Shown piece after piece: positions 19,707 through 28,924 of a DNA stretch of 64,000 nucleotides (positions are counted from its first letter, which is position 1; each line of letters opens with the position of its first letter). A program made the position numbers and the translations under genes. Source of the DNA: Bdellovibrionales bacterium (GTDB taxonomy: Bacteria; Bdellovibrionota; Bdellovibrionia; Bdellovibrionales; JAGQZY01); contig CAXREJ010000022.1 in assembly GCA_964229765.1 (NCBI GenBank), forward strand, positions 19,128 to 83,127, read 5' to 3'. The notes below the pieces were generated by a model, which did no database searches, was not told the DNA's origin, and saw only the letters and a list, made by a program, of their open reading frames with translations.

Positions 19707-20174
19707 CTAAGATTGTAACTTCCAGAGGCCTTCTTCGATCTTGAAGTGCAAGTATTCTGCACATTGAAACATGTAAAACTCCAAGTTTAGTTCGTCGGTA
19801 GGAATAAACTGGGTGGCTAAACTCAACCAGTCACTATGGGAGCAAAGAAGGACAGGGGCTTCCCATTTTCCCTTCTCTAAATTGTTGATCACTTGTTTTA
19901 TACGATTTTTAAAATCGTTTTCACTTTCATCAGCGTGATGTTGATCGAGCTGTTCTTCTATTAGAAGCGGGAGCTTTAAATATTGAGACAAAGGTTCAAG
20001 GGTCATTTGCGCTCTTTTTTTGGGAGAGGACAAAAGAGTCTTTGTTTTTAACAGAGTTGGATTGTGAGTGAGTTCTTCAGCTTGTCTTTGACCGGCTTCG
20101 TTAAGAGGGACATCACCTGTGGTGTAAGGTCTTTTCCCGTGTCGCATGATGATAACTTCCATAAAATTGATCAT
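19707..20174 (-). CDS. histidine phosphatase superfamily protein
   Basis: IMRHG, L...G..QA, SSP..RA.MT, CSH. Confidence 0.8.
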   Translation of the reverse strand: MINFMEVIIMRHGKRPYTTGDVPLNEAGQRQAEELTHNPTLLKTKTLLSSPKKRAQMTLEPLSQYLKLPLLIEEQLDQHHADESENDFKNRIKQVINNLEKGKWEAPVLLCSHSDWLSLATQFIPTDELNLEFYMFQCAEYLHFKIEEGLWKLQS

Positions 20175-20293
20175 AGAAGGGGATAGATTTTATAGCAAGT
20201 CTTTGAAAGTTCAAATAGGGAGGGGAAAGAGACTCTTGTGACGCAGATGAATCTACCGTAGCCATTTTCACAAGAGAGTGTTAGTTTAGCGCC

Positions 20294-21205
20294 ATGTCAA
20301 AACATCCAGTTCAGAAAAAAGGGGAGCTTAAAGGTTTTTTATCAAAGGATAAAACTGTCAGAGCTTCTGTAGTAAAAATGACGGAACTTGTTGAGGAGGT
20401 TTGTGTTTTGCAACAAACGTCTCCTTCGTCCTCCGTTGCTCTAGGAAGACTGTTGATTGGAACAGTCTTAGTGGCAAGCCAATTAAAAGATGAGCAGGCT
20501 CAATCTTTTCAAATTAGTGGTTCTAAAACGATAAAAAAAGTTTTTGCCCATGCACAGTATGATGGCCTTTGTCGTGCCTATATTAGTGAAAAGCAGGCCC
20601 CTCTTTCGTTAGACAACCATTCTCTTTCTCTCAGTCCTCTTATTGGTGAAGGTATCTTACAGGGGATGACTTATGTGCCAAAACAAAAGCACCCACGGAC
20701 AAGTCAGGTTGAAATTCAAAGCGGTGAAATTGGTGAAGATATTGCTTTTTTCCTCAATCAATCTATGCAAATTCCTTGTCTGATTTCATTGAGTGTGAAG
20801 ATCGGGAGTGAAGGCAAAATTGTGGCTGCAGGTGGAGTTCTTATTGAGTTAATGCCAGGGCATACAGAAGAAACTCTCCAATTAATTGAAGGTCAGCAAA
20901 AATTGGCCCATTCTCTTTCTCAACTGGTAGAAGAGGGGCAAGATCATCGAAGTCTTCTTGCAAATCATTTGGGTGAAATGGAAATGATAGAAGTAAGACA
21001 AAACGAAGTGGAGTACGGTTGCACTTGCTCAAGAGAAAAGGCTCAAGATTCTTTGCGCTTGCTGGATGCTGATGATTTTGAGGATATTTTGCAGTCTAAG
21101 GAAAACCTCAATGTGGATTGTGAAATGTGTGGTCTGACTTATTCATTTGATATTGAAGAAATTAATCTTATCTACAAAAAGTCAGGAAAAGCCAAGATCC
21201 ATTAG
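20294..21205 (+). CDS. hslO: Hsp33 redox-regulated chaperone
   Basis: ALGRLL, SGEIGED, AAGG.LIELMPG, CTCS and CEMC zinc motifs. Confidence 0.9.
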   Translation: MSKHPVQKKGELKGFLSKDKTVRASVVKMTELVEEVCVLQQTSPSSSVALGRLLIGTVLVASQLKDEQAQSFQISGSKTIKKVFAHAQYDGLCRAYISEKQAPLSLDNHSLSLSPLIGEGILQGMTYVPKQKHPRTSQVEIQSGEIGEDIAFFLNQSMQIPCLISLSVKIGSEGKIVAAGGVLIELMPGHTEETLQLIEGQQKLAHSLSQLVEEGQDHRSLLANHLGEMEMIEVRQNEVEYGCTCSREKAQDSLRLLDADDFEDILQSKENLNVDCEMCGLTYSFDIEEINLIYKKSGKAKIH

Positions 21206-21327
21206 AGACTGGCACCAAACGACCATTTCTATGTTACCCAACTTTAGCTCTCACTCAACGTATGTGGTGTGGGCCTCATTCGATCTGAATTTTCGCACCT
21301 TGAACTTAGCCATTTTGGGACAGCCTC
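21205..21327 (+). mobile_element. MITE-like element, family C (GAGGCTGTCCCAAA-type ends, TA flanks)
   Basis: ta|gagactggcaccaaa ... tttgggacagcctc|ta imperfect terminal inverted repeat starting on the hslO TAG stop. Confidence 0.55.
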
Positions 21328-21550
21328 TAAAAAGGCCGGAATGTGAACTTGAGCTGTCAAAAACATAGACAGCTATTTGTTCAGTAAATTTAAAGACTTA
21401 GTACCCTGAGGATTCATCTCTGAAATAATGGGGAAAGAGCTGACAATAAGGGCTTTGAGGTCACTATGTCGCTTTTTTGCAAAAATGTAATTGTTACAAA
21501 GACTTAGAGAGTGTTCGCCACCTGGCCTCATCTTTGTATTAATTAGGTAT

Positions 21551-22207
21551 ATGATGACCAAGCTGAGAAACTCTATTCTATTAATTACTACACTTTTTAT
21601 GCTTACAGCCTGTCCCAATCCTCCTCCGGCTGAAGAGGCCTGTAATTTCGTGCAGAATTCATTTAATCGACGCGTTTCATGGATTCGTTTTCCAATTCGC
21701 TTTTACGCTGATGACAGTATTTCGGATGATATGTTCCGTGGGATTGTTGAGGCTATGAATGTATGGAATGAAGAGTTTAATCAGCCAGTTTTTGAGCTTA
21801 TTGGCCGCACTCATAACTTACCCAATCCAAGACTAAGTGGGCAGGGGCAGGTTATTCCTGATGGTTATAATGGCATTTATGTTGTTTCTAGTGAAACCTT
21901 TGAAAACACCGCTTCTAAGGACGAGCAAGCTCGCACGAGTATTAGCTTTAGAGGGGATTACATATATGAATCGGATATTCTAATCGACAGCTCCGAAGAG
22001 TTTTATTTTGAAGATGCCGCCATTCAGGCCACATCAGGTTTGGTTCAGTTTAAAAGTTTGATGGTTCACGAATTAGGCCATGTGTTAGGACTTGGCCATA
22101 TTGATACTCCAGGCCTTAATTCGGTTATGAATTCAAGATTGCAGTATGGACAGTTTAGGACGGAATTAAGTGAAGTGGATCGGGCTTCCTTATCTTGTGA
22201 GTATTAA
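21551..22207 (+). CDS. matrixin/M10-like zinc metalloprotease lipoprotein
   Basis: Lipobox MLTAC; HELGHVLGLGH; Met-turn SVM; start refined from 21491. Confidence 0.85.
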   Translation: MMTKLRNSILLITTLFMLTACPNPPPAEEACNFVQNSFNRRVSWIRFPIRFYADDSISDDMFRGIVEAMNVWNEEFNQPVFELIGRTHNLPNPRLSGQGQVIPDGYNGIYVVSSETFENTASKDEQARTSISFRGDYIYESDILIDSSEEFYFEDAAIQATSGLVQFKSLMVHELGHVLGLGHIDTPGLNSVMNSRLQYGQFRTELSEVDRASLSCEY

Positions 22208-22292
22208 GAATACCGATGAGACTATTTAAGGTTTTATAATTTGTCAGTGCCTGGTCAATAGGCCTAGGCTTTAAGTGTAAGGAAAGAAGAAC

Positions 22293-22523
22293 ATGGGTTT
22301 AAGACAAAAAGACGAAAAGAAATTAACAGAACAAAATGAAGTACTCCTTCATCACTCCACCCAGGCTTTCCAGGCCCCTAAGCACTATGAAGATGGGGAA
22401 ATCGAACTTGATGCGATTGAGCGTTTAAAGTCCAATATTTTAATGCTTGATGATTTACAACAGCGCCTTGGTTTTATGAACACGGAGCTTGAAAGTATTC
22501 TCGGCACTAGAAAACGTTCTTAA
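22293..22523 (+). CDS. small hypothetical coiled-coil protein
   Basis: AAGGA RBS; amphipathic C-terminal helix. Confidence 0.6.
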   Translation: MGLRQKDEKKLTEQNEVLLHHSTQAFQAPKHYEDGEIELDAIERLKSNILMLDDLQQRLGFMNTELESILGTRKRS

Positions 22524-22527
22524 CTCA

Positions 22528-22636
22528 ATCTCCCAGTTTCGTTGACGGTGTCGTCGCGTAACTGCTCGTACAGCATCCTCCTTGCATCTCGCTGAGAACT
22601 TAACAGGGTAGAATTAAAAAGAATCTTTAACTTAAG
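22528..22636 (+). repeat. repeat family A copy (degenerate ends)
   Basis: tcccagtttcgttgac..gtcgtcgcg..cgtacagc..cctccttgc..ctcgctg..aacttaac..ttaacttaa. Confidence 0.65.
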
Positions 22637-22787
22637 GTTCTTCGCTGGCGCCAAGCGACCGTCTTTTTTTTACTTAACTTATTGCTATATGCTTCACTCA
22701 ATTTGAAGGTTTACTGTCTTGAATCTAAGGATTTGGCGATAGCCTCTAAAAGCTCTCTAAGACAATTAACAGAATCTTAAATATTGA

Positions 22788-22805
22788 GGGGCTGTTGATA
22801 ATTCA
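22788..22805 (+). repeat. solo terminal inverted repeat of family B
   Basis: ggggctgttgataattca, overlapping the TGA stop of the 22803..23648 gene. Confidence 0.55.
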
Positions 22806-23648
22806 ATGGCTGCTTTCTTGAACCACTTCTTCAGCCTGTAGATTTTCACCATGTCGGTAACGATCCACTAAACTTTCATCATTGGTGGGAAATGAAAACA
22901 TAAGGGCATGGCTGTTGGTACCCTCGTCCTCCAAAGTGACAGCTAAATAATAAAGAGCTTCAGCTCCTTCTTCCGCACGGGAAAAGTCCTTGATAAAAGT
23001 CACTAATGTGTATCCGTTCATTGTTGTGTTGCGCCAAATTTCATCGGCTTCTTCAATGGTCTCTTCTCTTAATTCAGCATAGTTTTTAAACAAACCCTCT
23101 TCAATATCGGAAGTGTTTCTAACTATCAGCATGGCTTTATAAAGACCAGAAGCGAGATCATCTCCTTCAGTGAGAGCATCTCCTTCTATCCCACCATACC
23201 CAATATCTTCTTGGGTTTTATCGTAAACCAGCTCTCCTCTGCGGTAATGTTCGCAGAGTGTGTCAAAACGCGTTGGAAAGTGAAGGAAAACAAAGGTTGG
23301 AACATCGTCTGCCAAATAAGCAAGAGCGACATAAAAATAAATATCTTCATTTTCTTCGTCTTCAAAACATTTAATAAAATTGTAGATAACCGTACCTTCT
23401 ACAGATTCGGCATCTTCCCAAACCTCATCAGGAGAATGGAGGAGGTCTTCTAATTCGGCCTCTTTACCTATAGCTTCTTGATCGCTGTAGTCCTCTTTGG
23501 TCCTCAGCTTCAAGAACTCCTGTTCTAATTGCTGTATAGGAGTAGCGAAATATTTTAAAACTTCGTCTTCACTTTGAAAAACGAGATCGTTTTCCTTGTC
23601 GATTATGATGGCTTCTTCTGGCATGGCTTTCTCTTTTTTACGACTCAC
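22803..23648 (-). CDS. very acidic protein with two tandem PBECR2-like (BECR nuclease-fold) repeats
   Basis: Internal duplication: PDEVW..FIK.F..YVAL..FLHFPT...L.EHYRRGE and ADEIW..FIK.F..YLAV..MFSFPT...L.DRYRHGE; fold assignment from memory of the PDEIW signature. Confidence 0.6.
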   Translation of the reverse strand: MSRKKEKAMPEEAIIIDKENDLVFQSEDEVLKYFATPIQQLEQEFLKLRTKEDYSDQEAIGKEAELEDLLHSPDEVWEDAESVEGTVIYNFIKCFEDEENEDIYFYVALAYLADDVPTFVFLHFPTRFDTLCEHYRRGELVYDKTQEDIGYGGIEGDALTEGDDLASGLYKAMLIVRNTSDIEEGLFKNYAELREETIEEADEIWRNTTMNGYTLVTFIKDFSRAEEGAEALYYLAVTLEDEGTNSHALMFSFPTNDESLVDRYRHGENLQAEEVVQESSH

Positions 23649-23844
23649 TCCACTATGATACTCGCTTTTGGGGGGGGAAAGCTATGGTCATGATTAATTG
23701 TGTCATAATGAAATGCCTTATTTTCCCGAGGCCTTCAATCTGTCTCAATAAATGGACTTGCAAGGCAGTGGAATTTCATTCCAAAATAAAAGCACAATAT
23801 CATTATTTCATGTTCAGGGATGAACCCATCGCAAGGAGGCGAAG

Positions 23845-24162
23845 GTGGAAGATTTGACCTACGAATGTTTAGAGCAGATGGACAATCTGATTTTGCAATC
23901 CTCAAAAGGGATGCATCTTCTGTTTGAGAAAAATGAAATCATAACAGCCCTCAATGATGCCAATCGCCATCAAGACGATAAAGACATCGACAAATTGAAG
24001 AAGATCCAAGAAGTTTTATACCGTTTTATTAGTTTGAAAAAGTACAATGAAAAAAGAGACTTTCTCAAAACTCTGGCAGGGGATGAACAATCTCTGCTTA
24101 TAAGAGCCTATTTTAAGATTGTTGAAAACTCGATGATCACAAAAGTAAAAACCCGACATTAG
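23845..24162 (+). CDS. hypothetical protein
   Basis: AAGGAGG RBS with GTG start; 105-aa helical ORF. Confidence 0.7.
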   Translation: MEDLTYECLEQMDNLILQSSKGMHLLFEKNEIITALNDANRHQDDKDIDKLKKIQEVLYRFISLKKYNEKRDFLKTLAGDEQSLLIRAYFKIVENSMITKVKTRH

Positions 24163-24339
24163 GGGCTGTTGACAATTCATCCAGCGACTGCGGCTTCAAT
24201 CTCTCGCCATTTTGAGTTGTGCTCGCCTTCACCTTATTCGATGTGGCTCTGGCCACACCTCATAAAGTTCAGTCTGCGCTTAACTCAAAATGACTGAGGT
24301 ATTGAATCCTCATTACGCTGATGAATTGTCAACAGCCCC
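24162..24339 (+). mobile_element. MITE-like repeat family B, best-preserved copy
   Basis: Perfect 19-bp TIR ggggctgttgacaattcat/atgaattgtcaacagcccc flanked by TA on both sides; whole element folds as a long imperfect hairpin. Confidence 0.8.
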
Positions 24340-24445
24340 TATTAAATTTCAATAAAGTTAGCTCGACCTTTGTAGAAGAATCACAATAAGTATTTTCATA
24401 GGAAGGTAGAGTTTGGTTGAATGAGATGCAGAGAGAGGGGGACTC

Positions 24446-24652
24446 ATGGATGAGACTCTAATTAATCAAGTTGCCAGCCATACAGGCTTAAAACAGGATC
24501 AAGTCATTAAAGTAATAAAAAGTTGGGTTGTAGAAACTGGGAGAAGCCCTCAAGATTTGAGTATTGAGGACCTCCGAGAAGTTCTAGTTCATGTCTTGCA
24601 GAATTTATTTCATGAAATTCTACAAGGTGAAAATAAATATATAAACTCTTGA
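24446..24652 (+). CDS. small hypothetical protein
   Basis: GAGGGGG RBS; 68 aa. Confidence 0.6.
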   Translation: MDETLINQVASHTGLKQDQVIKVIKSWVVETGRSPQDLSIEDLREVLVHVLQNLFHEILQGENKYINS

Positions 24653-24654
24653 GC

Positions 24655-25110
24655 TTAATCTTTAGGATTAAGTCTCTCAACAGTGATGACAATCTCTTTT
24701 TCAAGACCTTCACCCATGTTGATCATAGCTTTGTGCTGTCCAAGAACTTTAATTGGTTCTGGTAGTGAGATATCACGTTTGTCGATAACATAACCTTGGG
24801 TTTCCAGTTCGTCAGAAATATCTTTGTTTGTAACAGAACCAAAAAGTTTATCTTCTTCACCGGCGTTTAATTTAAAAACTAATTGTAAGCCAGCTACTTT
24901 TTCTAATGTTTCTTTGCGCTCACCCAAAGCTTTTTTCTTACGTGAAGTCGCTACTCTTTGCCAATGTTCAAATTCTTTTACTCTTTTTTCAGTGGCCTCA
25001 GCAGCAAGTTTGCGTGGAAAAAGGAAATTTCTTGCAAATCCACTGGCTACGCTGACAAGCTCTCCCACTTTTCCAAGATCTTTAACATCTTGTTTTAAAA
25101 TAACTTTCAT
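24655..25110 (-). CDS. rplI: 50S ribosomal protein L9
   Basis: MKVIL..DV..LGK.G..V.V..GFARNFL.P, KLFGSVT, PIK.LG. Confidence 0.97.
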   Translation of the reverse strand: MKVILKQDVKDLGKVGELVSVASGFARNFLFPRKLAAEATEKRVKEFEHWQRVATSRKKKALGERKETLEKVAGLQLVFKLNAGEEDKLFGSVTNKDISDELETQGYVIDKRDISLPEPIKVLGQHKAMINMGEGLEKEIVITVERLNPKD

Positions 25111-26021
25111 ATTGAACTCCTCTTAATTTTCTTTTTGTTATTAATATCGCGAAATCTAAAATCAAACCAATAATCTAGTATTCCGAGCCCACTAATAAAA
25201 ATGAACATTTGAAAGAATACGAGAAAATAGGCAAGTAATCGCCAGAATCCATAAATGGATAGGCGGTCTAAAAAATATGTAAAAACGGCTAATCCTTGAA
25301 AGAAGTAAGCAGCCATAGAAATGGCTAAAACGTTAGAGCCGACTAAAGTCACTAACGAGTTGCCTACATCTAAAAAAGTAGCAGCAAGACTGATTATGAA
25401 AGTCCAAATCGCCCAATCAGGTAATCGGAACATTCTTAGTTGTATCAGTTTTTTCGGTGAAGTTGGAAACTTTGTGACCGTTAGAGAGACAAAGAGAATC
25501 ACCATTAATGTAATTATTAAACCAGAAGGGATATACCAAACCAATTCAGATAAATCGATTTCTTTAAAGCGAGGCATTTCTTTTAACTGGTCATGAATGG
25601 GTTGAGCTTTTTCTGTGAGAAGCAACTTCATATTCTGACCTGTCCAACGTGTATAACCAAAAACAGCAAATAGATTTGTGCCTGCTGTTACGAGGATAGT
25701 GACAGTGGAGGCGAGGAAGATAGAGAAATTCTTTTCTTCAAATTCCCGGTAAACACCGATGAGAAAACAAAGAGAAAAATAAACTAAAGCCCATTGCCAA
25801 AGACCAAAAAATAGTAATGTGCCAATGCAAGTAAGTGTAGTCAGAGCAAAAATCTTACGACCATACATAAGACGCATGTATCGAATGGGAAGAGCTGCAA
25901 GAAAGACAAAGGCGTATGACAGAACAACACCTAGCAATGAGGTGAAAGCCCATCGATATCCAAAGACTCGCTTGTCTCCAGTTAGATTTTTAGAGTGATT
26001 CTGACTCACTTCAAACTCCAA
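25107..26021 (-). CDS. DUF2232/YybS membrane protein
   Basis: Multi-TM; FRLP...W, YFFQGLAV, GLG.LD.WFDFR; canonical position upstream of rplI. Confidence 0.85.
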   Translation of the reverse strand: MEFEVSQNHSKNLTGDKRVFGYRWAFTSLLGVVLSYAFVFLAALPIRYMRLMYGRKIFALTTLTCIGTLLFFGLWQWALVYFSLCFLIGVYREFEEKNFSIFLASTVTILVTAGTNLFAVFGYTRWTGQNMKLLLTEKAQPIHDQLKEMPRFKEIDLSELVWYIPSGLIITLMVILFVSLTVTKFPTSPKKLIQLRMFRLPDWAIWTFIISLAATFLDVGNSLVTLVGSNVLAISMAAYFFQGLAVFTYFLDRLSIYGFWRLLAYFLVFFQMFIFISGLGILDYWFDFRFRDINNKKKIKRSSI

Positions 26022-26091
26022 GCCGAGCTATACAAACTACCTATGGAAATGCGCAGTTTGTTAACCTCAGTTAGTTAGGTCTTAATAAAAA

Positions 26092-26520
26092 TTAAGCTTT
26101 AGTTCGAGCCGCTTTTCTGGCTTTGAATTTTGCTTCTTTTTCTTTCTCTTTTTGTAATGTATCAGCAAGACGGTCTTTGAAGCTTTCAACATGTTTTGAA
26201 AGAGATTGTTTTTCAGACAAGCGAGTGTGAACAACACGAAGAACTTTATCATTAAGCTTCATTGTACGCTCAAGCTCTTTAATTGCATCTGGGGAAGCCA
26301 TAAAAGTTGTGTGAAAATAAATAGCGCGAGTCACTTTATCAATTGGGTTAGCCAATTTTCTTTTTCCCCAAGTATCGATGTGATTTACTTCTCCAGAATA
26401 AGACTCGATTATAGATTTATTCTTTTTAAAAAGTGTTTTTTGATCTTGATCAGAAGCATCTGTGTCCATCATGATGACGGCTTCATAGGGACGAGTAACA
26501 GTGGTTTGAGATAATTCCAT
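26092..26520 (-). CDS. rpsF: 30S ribosomal protein S6
   Basis: RPYE, WGKRKLA.PI.K, ELER..KL...VLR; start refined to ATG at 26520. Confidence 0.95.
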   Translation of the reverse strand: MELSQTTVTRPYEAVIMMDTDASDQDQKTLFKKNKSIIESYSGEVNHIDTWGKRKLANPIDKVTRAIYFHTTFMASPDAIKELERTMKLNDKVLRVVHTRLSEKQSLSKHVESFKDRLADTLQKEKEKEAKFKARKAARTKA

Positions 26521-26521
26521 A

Positions 26522-26567
26522 TCTTTCCTTTCGGGTTGAGCCCAAGGTACTTTTACCTGGAGCAAGG
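26522..26567 (-). promoter_or_regulatory. S6:S18 ribosomal protein leader RNA (autoregulatory)
   Basis: CCTTGCTCCAGGTA-AAAG-TACCTTGGGC...CCGAAAGG: 5' CCUU can pair with the SD, with a central hairpin and the conserved CCG just before the SD, as in E. coli CCTTGCCTCC...CCGTAAGGAG. Confidence 0.65.
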
Positions 26568-26678
26568 CTTATTTTTGAGGCATTTGATAACACAGCCTAT
26601 GACCTAGAACAAGTAAAAAGGCAGACCTTAAGCGGGCTAACCCCTTGATTTGGCATAGAGAATCTCCAAAAATAAAGT

Positions 26679-27368
26679 ATGAGACTCTATTTGGAGATTA
26701 TTGATGGCCCTTCCAGGGGGCGTAAACTGAGCCTTTCCCAGAGATCCAGTATTGGACGAAGTGGGGCGGATATTACTTTAAGTGACTCTAAGTTATCGGG
26801 AGTACACGCTTTTTTTAACTTCGACAAGAGTGAAGGGTGGTCTGTTGTCGATAATAACTCTCGTAATGGGGTATGGGTCAATGGGCTTAAGGAAGTACGA
26901 ATTATTTTAAAAGACTCCGATGAAGTATTGATCGGTAGTACAAAAATGGTCTGTCGACTGATTGATGGGAGCCAGTTCAAGTTTTCTGATAAGTTTAAGT
27001 TATGGATTCAGAATTTATTCAAAGAAACAACAAATAAACCTTGCCCAATTTCGGAAATTAAACCGCAGATAAAATTGAAAGTAATACAGGGAGCTCAGTA
27101 TGGAGAATCCTGGGATATTTTTTATGGTCCTCGCAAAGCAGGAAAAGAAAATGACGATATATGTTTGTATGAAGAAGTAGCACCTCTCGATTCTTTTGAA
27201 ATTCGCGTGAAAGGAAAATATGCTTATTTTTATACGGAACATGAAAAAATAGTTAAATTAAACCAGGAAAGTGTGAGAGAAAAACAATTCACACCGGGTG
27301 ACATCATCACCATTGGAGAAAGTGAAATAGCAGTCGAGTTGGATGAGGGTGATGGATTCAGTCATTAA
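26679..27368 (+). CDS. FHA-domain protein (one canonical and one degenerate FHA)
   Basis: IGR...SG.HA...D..SRNG.WVNG; second similar module ending PGD.I.IG. Confidence 0.85.
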   Translation: MRLYLEIIDGPSRGRKLSLSQRSSIGRSGADITLSDSKLSGVHAFFNFDKSEGWSVVDNNSRNGVWVNGLKEVRIILKDSDEVLIGSTKMVCRLIDGSQFKFSDKFKLWIQNLFKETTNKPCPISEIKPQIKLKVIQGAQYGESWDIFYGPRKAGKENDDICLYEEVAPLDSFEIRVKGKYAYFYTEHEKIVKLNQESVREKQFTPGDIITIGESEIAVELDEGDGFSH

Positions 27369-28236
27369 AGAGTCAGGATATTTTCAAAGTTTTGACCAGT
27401 CGTCGATATATTGTGAATCACGAGGAGTTGGCGAGCCTTTGTTTTTCTCCTATGGAATCGGTTGTCTATTTAATCACTGGCTTCCCCAAGTTCAGTATTT
27501 TTCAAAGTTCAAAAAAGTAACAATGATGGATTACAGAGGTCATCACAAAACGCCAGTCCCGGATGATAAATCCAGTCTTACGATTGCTTCATTGGCTTTA
27601 GACCTTATTACATTTTGTGATCAACATAAGATTAAAAAAGCGGATTTTGTTGGACATAGTTTTGGATGTCAGGTTCTTCTTTTGGCTCATGAGAAAAGAC
27701 CCGATCTCTTTAGAAGTTTAGTTTTCATAAATGGACTTTATCGAAATCCTTTTGAACATATGATCGAAGCAGATAATCTGGTTGAGTTAGTCAATCAGGC
27801 TAAGAAAATATATAATAAAGCTCCGGGTTTAATTTCTACTCTCTGGTCAAAAGGTGTAACAAATCCGATTCTTGTTCCTTTGAGTTCTTTAACTGGGGGA
27901 TTTAATCTGTCTAAAACAGCTTTAAAGGATATCGAAATTTATGCCAAAGGAGTTTCTACAATTGATGTGAGAGTTTTTCTTACTTTTTTTGAAGAAATGA
28001 TTGCTTTTAATGCTGAGGAATACTTGAGTCGAATTCGCACTCCAACTTTAATAATTTGTGGGTCAAAAGATGCCTTAACTCCCCTTGATGAACAAGAAAA
28101 AATGCACGAACTTATTGCGAACAGTGAGCTATACCCTGTACCTTACGGCTCACACTGTACCCAGTTAGATTTTCCAGAAATGGTTAATTTAAAAATGCAA
28201 AACTTCTTTGATGAAGTTAAAAAAGGTATTCGTTAG
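27352..28236 (+). CDS. alpha/beta-fold hydrolase
   Basis: DYRGH, GHSFG nucleophile, G.KD.LTP, GSH. Confidence 0.9.
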   Translation: MDSVIKESGYFQSFDQSSIYCESRGVGEPLFFSYGIGCLFNHWLPQVQYFSKFKKVTMMDYRGHHKTPVPDDKSSLTIASLALDLITFCDQHKIKKADFVGHSFGCQVLLLAHEKRPDLFRSLVFINGLYRNPFEHMIEADNLVELVNQAKKIYNKAPGLISTLWSKGVTNPILVPLSSLTGGFNLSKTALKDIEIYAKGVSTIDVRVFLTFFEEMIAFNAEEYLSRIRTPTLIICGSKDALTPLDEQEKMHELIANSELYPVPYGSHCTQLDFPEMVNLKMQNFFDEVKKGIR

Positions 28237-28394
28237 ATAACAAAATAACGTGTCTATAAGAATTAAGATGGATTGGGTTAGTCTATTCAATGTTGAAACA
28301 TTGAATAAAAATTAATTTTCTAAAAAGAAATGGTAATTTTCAATTTAACAGATTGAGTTTGCATCACATTTGACTTGGCAACAGTTGATCTCTT

Positions 28395-28922
28395 TTAGAT
28401 TGAACATGTTTTCCAAATTTTCCTGTAATCGTTACCACCAAGGGTGGCAGGCGTATTAACTAAGACTTCAATTTTTTTAGTTTTAGAGTTAAAGCGGGCG
28501 GAATAGGCATCACTAAAATTATCAAAAACACAAAGCTTTTTAACTTTCTTGGATTCCAAATTGGGCTCTAGAATTAAAATAGTGTTGGATTTAGAGAGGT
28601 TGTTCCATTGCGAAACTAAAACTCGTCTCCCGTTGTTTAATTCAAGAATGCGCTTGGTGCCTGGAATAGGAGTTGAAAAGTGACTCCCATTATCTTTCAC
28701 CATTTCAATTAATTTATACTCTTTGGGAACCGTGAAGACAGTGCTGCCGCTGCATTGTTTTGTTTTTCTTTTGTCGTTATGAGATTTAAAATACAACTTA
28801 CTTTTTTGTCGACTATAGCAGGACGTCCATCTTTGTTTTTGTTGAGAGGAAGCTAAGGTTTGACCTTCAAAGGTAAAACAGAATATTAAAAATAAGAGGT
28901 ATGGCATAAGTTTCATATTCAT
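28395..28922 (-). CDS. hypothetical exported basic protein (candidate partner/inhibitor of upstream muramidase)
   Basis: Signal peptide; four Cys in mature part; begins 2 bp after the upstream stop. Confidence 0.65.
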   Translation of the reverse strand: MNMKLMPYLLFLIFCFTFEGQTLASSQQKQRWTSCYSRQKSKLYFKSHNDKRKTKQCSGSTVFTVPKEYKLIEMVKDNGSHFSTPIPGTKRILELNNGRRVLVSQWNNLSKSNTILILEPNLESKKVKKLCVFDNFSDAYSARFNSKTKKIEVLVNTPATLGGNDYRKIWKTCSI

Positions 28923-28924
28923 TA

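Noticed and set aside
24162-24339. Integron attC sites for the long palindromes
   Set aside because: They lack RYYYAAC/GTTRRRY ends, follow housekeeping genes, have IS-like TIRs with TA flanks, and no integrase is present
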